Part shown: positions 13,529-24,026 of the stretch, piece after piece
How positions within the stretch are numbered: the stretch's first letter is position 1
How the letters are laid out: each line of letters starts with the position of its first letter
Assembly: GCA_030390025.1 (NCBI GenBank)
Contig: CM059432.1
Coordinates: forward strand, 63,738,001-63,802,000
Direction of reading: 5' to 3'
DNA length: 64,000 nucleotides
Source of the DNA: Squalus acanthias
Taxonomy: Eukaryota
The notes under the pieces: model-generated
The model's database searches: none
The model's input: the letters and a program-made list of their open reading frames with translations, nothing else
What the model was told of the DNA's origin: nothing
Translations under genes and position numbers: made by a program

Positions 13529-14247
13529 GGGGGGGAATTTTAATCCCCACCATGACTGGCGGGAGAGAGTCGGGTTAAAAATGTAAAAATCACGCAACGC
13601 GACCCCAACCCACTTCATACGCACCTGCCCCCATTTTTACAGCTGCGGGTTGCGTGACATGTCTGCGTCCCACTCTTGAGAGGTGGGAAACCTCATTATA
13701 AAATTTAAATCAGGCTCCCACAGTGCAGTTAGCAGTCTGATTTAAATTTAATGCGGATTGCCCAGGACACCCGGCAGCAAAATGGAGATGGGAGCAGCCG
13801 GATCAAGCAGGTAAGTGCTTTTTATAGCAGTGCTTGTGGGACAGGAGGAGCAGGACTGCCCTCCCGGCTCCTCAAGCAAATCCTCTGCCACGCTCGGCCA
13901 ACCCACCCCCCTCCAAACGCGCAATCGGGAGCCTTCTGCCCCGCGATCTTTCCCGGATGCCGCTCCCTCCCGATTGCTGGCCCGACTGCCGACCCCCCTC
14001 CCTCCCCACGCCCCAATCTTTCCCGGTTGCTGGGGACCATCCCCTACGACCCCGGGCTGTGGCCTTCTACCGCTGACTTGTCCGCCCGGCAGCCGGTCAA
14101 TCTGGCGGGCAGGGCACGGAGTAAAAAAATGATTGAGGTCCTGCCATTAAATGCAGCAGGACCTCCACGACCTGGGGATTTCCGGGTCTTCCCCCCGCTA
14201 CTGCGCTCCCCCACTTTCTCCCCGCCTCGCCGTTAATATTGGGGCCA
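13529..14247. mobile_element. GC-rich non-autonomous TIR element, Harbinger-like
   Basis: Termini GGGGGGAATTTTAA ... TTAATATTGGGGCC; internal layout resembles 41649-42438. Confidence 0.6.
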
Positions 14248-15343
14248 TAGTAAGGGTATAATAGATAGCAATCTCAGCTACAGGCAGTCCGTTTGGTGCA
14301 TCTGACAACAGAACATTCTGCTACCCATGTCTGTTCCTACAAACCATATTTTTGTGCGCTGTATTTTTTTTAAATTTCCAGTACAAGAAAATAAACCATT
14401 TTGAAAGTTCAAAAGAGCAACATAAGCTCAGAATTACCTTTGAGGTTAATAGCACATGAATGCTTATTGCATTAATTTGACATTCCCCTGTCTACTATTT
14501 TAATGGAGGGCATTAATTTACCCTGTAAGGTTTTTATTGAAGTTCCTGTAACATGTTTTATTTTCCTAATTTAAAATATCTGGAACCTTTGCAGGATGAA
14601 GATTTTTGCCTTGAAAGGGATAATTATGGTCAGCGACAAAATGCTAGAAAAGGCACCAAGTTAATGTCAAAAATAAAAGCTTTGTGGTTGGAGTCTGTCT
14701 CTGGATATCCCTAGAAAATAAATCTTACATCTTGAGGGCTAACACCCACCTCAGTAATTTTTATATCCACCACTGCTGAAAACTGTGCCTTTATGTACTT
14801 GAAATGCTTCCCCCTGCAATGAAGATTTTGGAATGCTGCTTATGTCTGCAGCTTAAGTTATAACAAGCCCTTGGCTCAATGTACTTTCAGCCTAACTCCT
14901 TGACGTCATGTGTCACGAGGCCTATAATAAGGGCTGTTTTTGAGCTGTCAGATTGTTGGCGGGTTGTGATAGCTTTTACTAGTTTCTAGGTTGCCATATA
15001 TGGCTTAAAGTGATACAAGAGAACATACAGTCTGCTCGATCTGGAACTGGCCGTAGACCAGAGCTAAAAGCTTGAGTAAAAAAACTAAGGTCACAACAGA
15101 ACACTACAGTAAGAGGCCACAAAATCTTGAGGTAGGCTGAGGAATCTAGAATCCTATTTTAGATAGAGTAGGTTGCGGGGAGAGGAAATGCTTGTACTAA
15201 ATTGTAAATGAAAGCCTTTTGTTTTAGTGCTGTCTGTCCTTGCATCATTTGAACCTAGGATGTTTTGGATGAAATAAAAACAGAAAATGCTGGAAATACT
15301 CAGCATGTCAGGCAGCGTATGTGGAGAGAGAAACAGAGTTAAC

Positions 15344-15762
15344 GGGCTGGATTTTGAATGACCCATGGAGTCGGGTTTGGACGCGTGTGGGGGGTTAAAT
15401 TTGCGGGGTCGGGGTTTCCGACCCCATCCCGACTCCATCCCGCCTCCACGCAATTTTGACATAATCAGTCGCGGGGTTCCCGATTCCGTCCCGCCTCCAA
15501 GAGGCGGGAGAGGCCATTAAAGCCCTTAACAAGCTCTAATTGGCTCTGTAATGCGATTTTGAAACGCTGTAGCTAGTTTAACCCTCTTCTGACGTGAAGC
15601 ACGCCTGGTGTGAAACACTCCAGTGAAACCTGGCGGGAGCACAAGTGGATAGCTGACTTTCGGCTGCAAGTGCACTATTACAACGGAGATGTGGTGCTAG
15701 TAGTATTAGGTCTGAACATTGCCTCTGGATGTCTTAAGAGACGTCACTTGGCAAAAATCTCT

Positions 15763-15805
<43 letters not shown>

Positions 15806-16077
15806 TCCTCCTCCCCCCCCCCCCATTTCTGCATCCAGGTCCACTCACATCATAAGCCCCAACAGTCTCTGAGACTAGGCAGTCAGTACTGATGACATCA
15901 TCAGAGGCGGGTTTCAGACTGAAAACACTAATTAGTTCATGGGTTCCCACATGCTCCAATTTAATTGCCCAATTAAGTGAAAATTGCATCAGGCACCCAC
16001 ATTAATCTGGAGTCGGGGGGGAAACACGAAATGCGGATTACATGACCCCAACCCGACCCCAAGACAAAATCCAGCCC
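15344..16077. mobile_element. Harbinger-type MITE (734 bp) inserted in the Penelope pseudo-LTR
   Basis: TIR GGGCTGGATTTT/AAAATCCAGCCC; 3-bp TSD AAC on both sides. Confidence 0.92.
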
Positions 16078-16378
16078 AACGTTTCAGGTCGATGAACCTT
16101 CGTCAGAACTGGAAAAAGCTGGAGATGTAACAGATTTTAAGCAAGTGTAGGGGCAGGGAAAGGGGGGAGGGGAGGAAAGAACAAAAGGGAAGGTCTGTGA
16201 TAGGATGGTAGGCAGGAGAGATTAAGAGACATTAAGAGAGATTAAGAGATGGTACAAGGCAAAAGGAGATGGTAATGGGACAAGTTAAGAAACAAAAGAT
16301 GGCTCTAGAGGAAGTGCAAATGGCATTAGCAGAATGAAAGACAGCTGTCATGTGGGAGAGAGAAAAAATAAATAAATG

Positions 16379-16467
16379 GAAACATAGAAACATAGAAGAT
16401 AGGAGCAGGAGTAGGCCATTCGGCCCCTCGAGATTGCTCCGCCATTCAATGCGATCATGGCTGATCA
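16379..16467 (-). mobile_element. Very short CR1 3' end inserted in the Penelope element
   Basis: CR1 3'UTR hairpin region plus (TTTCTATG)n tail, same motif as 57074-57165. Confidence 0.75.
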
Positions 16468-18284
16468 AAAAAAGGATAGGGGCAGAGGTTATGGTCTGAA
16501 ATTGTTGAACTCTATGTTGAGTCCAGAAGGCTGCAAAATGCCTAATCGAAAGATGAGGTGCTGTTCCTCGAGCTTACATTGAGCTTCATTGGAACAGTGT
16601 AAGAGGCCGAGGACAGTGAGGTCTGGATGGGAGTGGAGCGGAGAATTAAAGTGACAGGCGACCGGAAGCTGGGGGTCACCCTTACGGACTGAACGGAGGT
16701 GTTCTGCAAAGCGGTCACCCAATGTGCGTTTGGTCTCCCAATGTAGAGGAGACCACATCGTGAGCAGCGAATACAGTATACTAAATTGCAAGAAGTACAA
16801 GTAAATCGCTGTTTCACCTGGATGGAACGTTTGGGGCCCTGGACAGTGGGAAGGGGAGAGGTATAAGGGCATGTGTTGCATCTCCTGTGCTTGCACTGGA
16901 AGGTACCGTGGGAAGGGGAAGGGGTGTTGGGGGTGATAGAGGGGTGGACCAGGGTGTCGCGGAGGCAGCGGTCCCTTCGGAATGCTGAAAGGGGAGGTGA
17001 GGGGAAGATGTGTTTGGTGGTGGGATCATGCTGGAGGTGGCGGAAATGGCGGAGGATGATCCGTTGAATGTGGAGGCTGGTGGGGTGAAAGGTGAGGACA
17101 AGGGGAACCCTATCGTGGTTCCGGGAGGGAGGGGAAGGGGTGAGAGCAGAAGTGCGGGAAATAGGACGGACACGGTCAAGGGCCGTGTCAACCACAGTAG
17201 AGGGGAATCCTCGGTTGAGGAAAAGGAAGACATGTCGGAAGCACTAGTATGGAAAGTGGCATCGTCAGAGCAGATGCGGCGGAGATGGAGAAACTGGGAG
17301 AATGGAGTATAGAGTCCTTCCTTGAACAGAGGCCCAACCAGTCCCCATTCACCACCACCCTCCTCCGCCTGGCTGAACTTGTTCTCACATTGAACAACTT
17401 CTCCTTTGACTCCACTCACTTCCTCCAAATTAAAAGTGTTGCTATGGGAACCCGCATGGGTCCCAGCTATGCCTGCCTTTTCGTGGGATATGTGGAACAT
17501 TCTTTGTTCCAGTCCTACTCAGGTCCCCTCCTTCACCTCTTTTTCTGACTGTATCGGTACTATTTCCTGCTCTTGCCCTGAACTAGAAAATTTCATGCAC
17601 TTTGCTTCTAATTTCCACCCTTCCCTCACCTTCACATGGTCCATCTCAGACTTTTCCCTTCCCTTTCTCAACTTCTCTGTCTCCATCTCTCGGGATAGGC
17701 TATTGACAAACATTCACTACAAGCCCACTGACTCCCACAGCTACCTGGACTACACTTCCTCCCATCCCGCTTCCTGTAAGGACTCTATTCCAGTCTCCCA
17801 GTTTCTCCGTCTCCGTCTCTGCTCTGATGATGCCACCTTCCATACTAGTGCTTCTGACATGTCTTCCTTTTTCCTCAACCGAGAGAGAGAGAGAGAGAGA
17901 CTCATTTTGTCAAATCCGCAAATTTAACCCCCCACACGCCTCCAAACCCGACTCCATGGGTCATTCAAAATCCAGCCCTAATGTATCTTAATCTCTCCTG
18001 CCTACCATCCTATCACAGACCTTCCCTTTTGTTCTTTCCTCCCCTCCCCCCTTTCCCTGCTCCTACACTTGCTTAAAATCTGTTACATCTCCAGCTTTTT
18101 CCAGTTCTGACGAAGGGTCATGAACGGTCTCTCCACAGATGCTGCCTGACCTGCTGAGTATTTCCAGCATTTTCTGTTTTTATTTCAGATTTCCAGCATC
18201 TGCGGTATTTTGCTTTTGTATTAATGTTTTGGATGAAACTGACAGAGCCACCAAAGTCTCCAGTTAGCCCCTCTTTTTAATAAT

Positions 18285-18600
18285 TCACTAATGTGATGTG
18301 GGCGTTGCTGGCATGGCCAGCATTTATTGCCCATCCATCCCTAGTTGCCCTTGAGAAGGTGGTGGTGAGCCGCCTCCTGAACCGCTGCAGTCCGTGTGGT
18401 GAAGGTCCTCCCACAGTGCTGTTAGGGAGGGAGTTACGGGATTTTGATCCAATGACGATAATGGATCGGCGATATACTTCTAAGTAAGGATGGTGTGTGA
18501 CTCGGAGGGGAACTTGGAGGTGATGGTGTTCCCATGCGTCTGCTGCCCTTGTCCTTCTAGGTGGTTGAGGTCGCGGGTTTGGGAGTGGGTATCTTGCAGT
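18285..18600 (-). mobile_element. 3' fragment of a non-LTR retroelement (family not assigned)
   Basis: Minus-strand ORF2-like end (SRNSLPNSTVG...GLQRF) followed by a short UTR with AATAAA. Confidence 0.6.
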
Positions 18601-18834
18601 ATGTGGGGCATGGCGAGAAGGACCTTTCACTAAATATCCCTCTAGGCCTAGGAAGCTAATAAGGTTTCTATTCTTCAACACCATGTGGAAAGAAATGCAC
18701 ATAGCCCACATACAGTATTGTCATATATGGGCCCAAACATCTCCCCTAGTTTTGATGAGCTTGATGTGTAATGGTGGTGCATCAAAATTTTGAGAGTTGG
18801 ATTTTTGAGTGAGACCTGTTTCCAACAATGTTAG

Positions 18835-19225
18835 GAAAATAGGAATGGGAGGCAGCCATTCAGCCCTTTGAGCCTGCCTTCGATTAGATCATGGCTGATA
18901 TGCACCTCAACTCCATTTATCTGCCTTTGCTCCATCTACCCTGATAACCTTACCTAACAAAAATCTATCTATCTCAATCTTGAAAGCTCCATCTGTCCTA
19001 GCATCCATAACTTTTTAGGAAGAGAGTTCCAGATTTCTACTACCTTGGTGTGAAAAAGTGCATCCTGATTTTGCTTCTAAATGCCCTAGCACTAATTTTA
19101 ATATTATGTCCCCTTATTCTTGATTCCCCCATCAGGGAAAATAGATTCCCCATATCTACCCTATCAAATCCTTTTAACATTTTAAAGACCTCAGGCAGGT
19201 CACCCCTCAGTCTTCTCTACTCAAG
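18835..19225 (-). mobile_element. Decayed CR1 3' fragment
   Basis: Similarity to the CR1 3' ends at 11966-12140 and 12908-13150. Confidence 0.75.
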
Positions 19226-20008
19226 ATGTTATGCCTATTTTGTTTCCTACCAAAATTTACAGCCCGGGTGGGAAGGGACATCGCCTACACATGGAAATGG
19301 CATGCATGATATAAGGCACAGAAATCCCATCATTTACGCCCCCAGTTAGACATTGTTTCCATCGGTGTAACTTACACGCAAATTAATAAGGCGTAGTCGT
19401 CTCAAGAGCTGAAGTATTTAGTGGAAGTAATCCTTTAAAATGTGCTTACTGTCTCGAAAGCTTTTGCTTATTTCTTAGATTTTCCGAGATTTCAGGATTT
19501 TTGAGCTGCCCTTCAAACTGCTGGAGTGAGGCACTCTGGTCACCAGCACCAATTTGTCACCCACTCACGGTAAGGGATAATATTGTGCAGCATGGGTTTT
19601 TCTATGGGGTGCCCCGTTTTACAATCTTGATGGAGAATGCGTACAGAAAAGAAGAAAAGATAGTGGGACAGCACCAAAGAATGATGCAGCCAACCTGCAA
19701 TTAGCCCCAGAATGAGTGAGGAGCTCAGTTCCAGCAATTTTACTAAAAGAAACCCTGGATGAGCTTTTCCACCTTCTGCACGATGACCAGCATTCCGTTC
19801 AAGTAACAGAACAGCTCTGTCCATGGTTAACAAAGTCAGCGCAGTTCTCAACATTTATGTCACAGGCACAGTCGAAGCTATAATGTAGGAAGCTGTTTAA
19901 ACCTGCATACACGAGGCCACCAATACCATCCCCACGGGAGCTGGGGAATTCATCCATTGTGAGATGATTCCGAGGCAGCAGCCTAAAAAGACTATTCTAA
20001 AAGACAAA

Positions 20009-20663
20009 GGGGGAGAAATTGGGTTGCTTTGTGCCTCACGTTAGTGCCCCCGTGAAATTCAGCAGGAGGTTAGCGGCGGCGGTAGACGGTCACGCCCCAT
20101 GGCACTGTGCCGCCGGCGATGACGTCATCGCCAAGTGCAGCGCTCCGCTCGTGCCCCAGCTGCAACCTTGGGTTGCGCCCCCTGACCTATCGCCGGATGA
20201 TATGTCCGACAGGGTCAGGGTGGCGTTTTTGCAGCTGCAGCGGCGCAACTTAAAGGGCAGGTGTCGGGCGGCCATTTTTATTTGGCCGACTGCCAGCACC
20301 TGCCTCCTTCCCCTTTTTTCTTTGGGGTGCCGGCAGCGATCGCTCAGCCTGGCACTCCTCTTGAGTGCTGGGCTGTTTTCTCGGCACCTCGCTCCCCAGT
20401 GGTCCAGCAGGGCCCTGGTGCGCACAGCACTAGGCCCCTCCCCTTCAATCGGGGAGGGAGGCGTGCAATGATGCGGCGCTACGTGCTGACGCGTGTGGCG
20501 CTGTTGCATGTGGTTCCGCAAAATTCACTGGTAGCGCCCCAAGAAGGAGGGGGAGCGCTTCCAGTAGTGCCCCGCCTACTGCTTGCGGTGCTATTACTGA
20601 ATTTATGGTGCAGGGGCGCTATCCTTTTTGGGGCGCTAAAATTAGGCGTCACCGAATTTGGCT
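20009..20663. mobile_element. Non-autonomous Harbinger derivative related to family A termini
   Basis: Starts GGGGGAGAAATTGG; CpG-rich; repeated GGCGCTA/TAGCGCC motifs as in the 36184 and 48460 ends. Confidence 0.7.
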
Positions 20664-20699
20664 TGGGAACAACTGAGTTCTCATCCACTTGCCATTCTT

Positions 20700-21245
20700 C
20701 CAGCTCCTTTGTGCTAAGTGAGTAACCTGGTGCAATATCCTCCTCCCCACTCACTAGACCACTCCCAGGTGACAGTGTTTGAGCTGGTGCATGGGTCAGA
20801 TAAGATGGGCAATAAAGATAGCATAATAGAGAGAGAGGGACATGGGCACCAGAGGTACAAGGGGTAGGGTAGCCATCATTGTCATTACCATAATTGACCA
20901 ACAACTTCTGACTTCCTTCCATCTCTTCGTCATCATCATCATCCTCATCATTGTCCTCATCATCATTTCATTTTATTCCACAGGGACCAGCAGAAGAAGA
21001 CAAAATTAGATACTTGTGAGTGTACAGTGGTGGAGGGGGTCCCATGCTGCCAAAGTGGAAAGGTGAAGGTCACAGTTTACCTACCTTGCCTGCCCTGGTC
21101 GGGTCATTAAACTGTTTTGCAGAACTCTTCCGCTGTCCTGTGGGTGAGAGGTGGAACCCAGCATCATTGCTAGCTCCTTCCAAGTGGCTCTGGTGACTGC
21201 TTTAGCTGGCCTTCTTCCTTTCTTCTGGCAGACCTTGTCCAGGAG
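20700..21245 (-). pseudogene. Ancient Harbinger Myb/SANT gene remnant
   Basis: Minus strand reads KQFNDPTRAGK followed by a GT donor, plus an acidic (GAT)n tract, like the Myb exon 1 and exon 3 of other Harbingers here. Confidence 0.5.
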
Positions 21246-21504
21246 GATCTGTAGGTCAGTAGATTTTATTTTAAAGCTGTCTGGTTGGTTGAGTGACCTC
21301 TATCAATGTCTTTATGAGGCCCATGACTACTTATTCTTTGTACTAAGAATCTTAGACCCCCCATGGGCAAGGTAAAACACAAGCAGGATAGTAATTTTGG
21401 CTACTATGATAGCAAAATACTGCAGATGCTGGAAATCCAAAATAACAACAGAAAACGCTGGAAAAACTCAGCAGGCGAGGCAGCATCCGTGGAGAGAGAA
21501 ACAG

Positions 21505-21541
21505 AGTTAACGTTTCAGGTCGAAGACCTTTCATCAGAACT
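21505..21541 (-). ncRNA. Minimal type-I hammerhead ribozyme in a Penelope pseudo-LTR
   Basis: Reverse complement reads AGUU-CUGAUGA-A-AGGUC(UUC)GACCU-GAAAC-GUU-AACU. Confidence 0.75.
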
Positions 21542-22317
21542 GGAGACAGCAGGAAATCAAATAGATTTAAAGCAAGGATAAAGCTGGGAAAAGGGGGAGG
21601 GGATAAAAGAACAAAAGGAGAGATTAAGAGACATTAAGAGATATTCAAGGCAAGAGGTGGTGTTAATGTGACAGGTTAAGGCTGAAAGAAGTGTGAAATG
21701 CAATGGCAGAATGAAGGACAGCTGCCAGCTTCTAGGAGGAAAAAAAAAGGGGGGGGCAAATAAAAGGGTGGATGAGAAAATAAAATATAAATGTGATGGG
21801 GCTAAGGTTATGATCTAAAATTGTTGAACTCGATATTGAGTCCAGAGGGCTGTAGCGTGCCTAAACGAAAGATGAGGTGCTGTTCCTCGAGCTTACGCTG
21901 CGCTTCCGTGGAACAGTGTAATAGGCCGAGGACGGTGAGGTCAGAGTGGGAGTGAAGCGGTGAATTAAAGTGACAGGCGACCGGGAGCTCGGGGTCCCCC
22001 TTACGGACTGAATGGAGGTGTTCCGCAAAGCGGTCACCCAATCTGCGTTTGGTCTCCCCAATGTAGAGGAGACCACATCGTGAGCAGCGAATACAGTATA
22101 CTAAATTGCAGGAAGTACAAGTAAATCGCTGTTTCACCTGGAAGGGGTGTTTGGGGCCCTGGACAGTGGGAAGAGGGGAGGTATAAGGGCATGTGTTGCA
22201 TCTCCTGTCTCTTAATGTCTCTTAATGTCTCTTAATCTCTCCTTTTGTTCTTTTATCCCCTCCCCCTTTTCCCAGCTTTATCCTTGCTTTAAATCTATTT
22301 GATTTCCTGCTGTCTCC

Positions 22318-22354
22318 AGTTCTGATGAAAGGTCTTCGACCTGAAACGTTAACT
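22318..22354 (+). ncRNA. Minimal type-I hammerhead ribozyme in a Penelope pseudo-LTR
   Basis: Stem I AGTT/AACT; core CTGATGA 22322-22328; stem II AGGTC/GACCT; GAAA 22343-22346; palindromic ACGT in place of stem III; predicted GUU cleavage site. Confidence 0.75.
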
Positions 22355-24026
22355 CTGTTTCTCTCTCCACGGATGCTGCCTCGCCTGCTGAGTTTTTCCA
22401 GCGTTTTCTGTTGTTATTTTATATTAGTAATTTTGGCTGTTGTTGTGCTAAAATGTACAAGTAAAAATGCATCTAAAAATGATTAAGTTATCACTTGATT
22501 ACCCAATTCTCTCATATGGTTTGTGGGTTGTAATTCAGTCCCATCCTTTCAGTCCCTACGTTACTCTCTCTAGTGGAGATGTACCTGTTGGAGAACCTGA
22601 AGGAGGACTAGATGTTTAAGGGTTCCTTGATATGGGTGACAGTTGGGTTGGTTTCATTTAATGCTGCCTCTCAAGTACTTCAATGTTTTTTTGACCTAGG
22701 ATTAAGACTGTCTATTACTCATCCAGAGGCCGTAGGAGGGATGCTTTTGGCATCTCTCCTGTTTTAAATCTACCTAATTTGTTTCTGCCCTTGATTATGG
22801 ATTATTCTTTGCAGTTTAATCAACCCACTTGGAACATAGAAAGCTGAATGTATAATTTCTATGCTTTTTGAAGACAGATTTAGCTGGATTTACATGAACA
22901 GTGGGTACCCATCATTTGAATTTCTTTACAAGTTCTTTCCGTGATGTTCGGATTCTAATATTGGGTCCTTCACATTTGCATCAGATTCATATGTAGATAT
23001 ATTTTCAGAATTACTATGTTGCACATGACAATTGGATAGTAACACTGATGTGCACAAAACTGAAGTGGAATAAAGTTACTAATTACTGTCTGTGATGTTA
23101 TTACACAACCACAAAATGCAAAAGTAATTATATCTTTATTGTATTAGGTTGTGTGCACTGTAGTGATTACTCAGATAGGCAAAATGCTACCCATTCTTTT
23201 TCTTTTGAAATGTATGCAGTGGCAGTATTCTTTGTAGTAACTGATTAGAAAAGGCATCTGCTTTGTTCAAGTCACTAGGGCCTGCAACATTATAGTGGTA
23301 CATAAATCGATATTTCAATCATACTCTTATTTCTGAAAGCAACTCAATCTGGAAATTAATGATCTGAGAAGGAAGTTCATTTTATTAGAGTGCTGTGAAA
23401 TGGCAGCTCAAAATATTCATGTAATGGTATACATTAAAAGATATTGGTCTAGCTATATATACTATAAAATTACTGATAGTGCTGTATTGTTATCTCTAGT
23501 GTCTCCAATCCATATCAAACATTTTCTCCCTTTGGTTACCAAGTTCAGATTGTGCCAAATTTAGTGGTGATCTAAATAAAAACAATTTATTGTGATAAAG
23601 GAAGAGCAGGTGTAGAGCTGCTTCAGACCCTCAGATACACCATGCTTCTGCAGCCTGAAAAACAGATGCATCGCATATAAATTTCTACCCCATTTTATGT
23701 ACCTTCACTACCTGATACTCCTGTAGGTGGCACTGTAATAGTATTTCCAATGTTAAATGCGCCACATAGTAGCCACACAATAGCTGCTATTTTATAGACG
23801 GGAGAATATGCTCCCAAGACTATGCAATCTACAAACTCGCTTCCCATAAATAGTTCAAACTGCTTTTTGTTTTTTTTAGCGGCTATTTTTACTCAGTAAC
23901 TTCTAATTTCCATAATAAAGGTTTAAACAAAATAAAAAATTCTAAAATTACATAATTCAAAATATTATTAAATTTATCCAGTGAATTATCTTTTGCGTCC
24001 TTTAATTCCTTCATTAAAAATTTCAG

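Larger units (their letters stand above)
15275..18223. mobile_element. Penelope-like element with inverted architecture (minus arm with GIY-YIG 15275-17310, plus arm with RT fragment 17311-18223)
   Basis: 15-bp TSD ATGTTTTGGATGAAA (15260-15274, 18224-18238); GIY-YIG motif NLVYCIRCSRCGLLYIG; RT motifs VAMGTRMGPSYACLF and YKPTDSHSYLDY; terminal pseudo-LTR sequences inverted. Confidence 0.92.
21403..22424 (-). mobile_element. 5'-truncated Penelope-like element with inverted pseudo-LTR; GIY-YIG endonuclease fragment at 21808-22137
   Basis: 14-bp TSD TAGTAATTTTGGCT (21389-21402, 22425-22438); near-perfect ~200-bp inverted repeat 21440-21642 / 22207-22420; motif VYCIRCSRCGLLYIGETKRRLGDRFAEH. Confidence 0.93.

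Noticed and set aside
19450..19997. Possible exon with splice-like signals on both strands
   Set aside because: No frame stays open across it and there is no recognisable protein; could be non-coding RNA but this is unsupported
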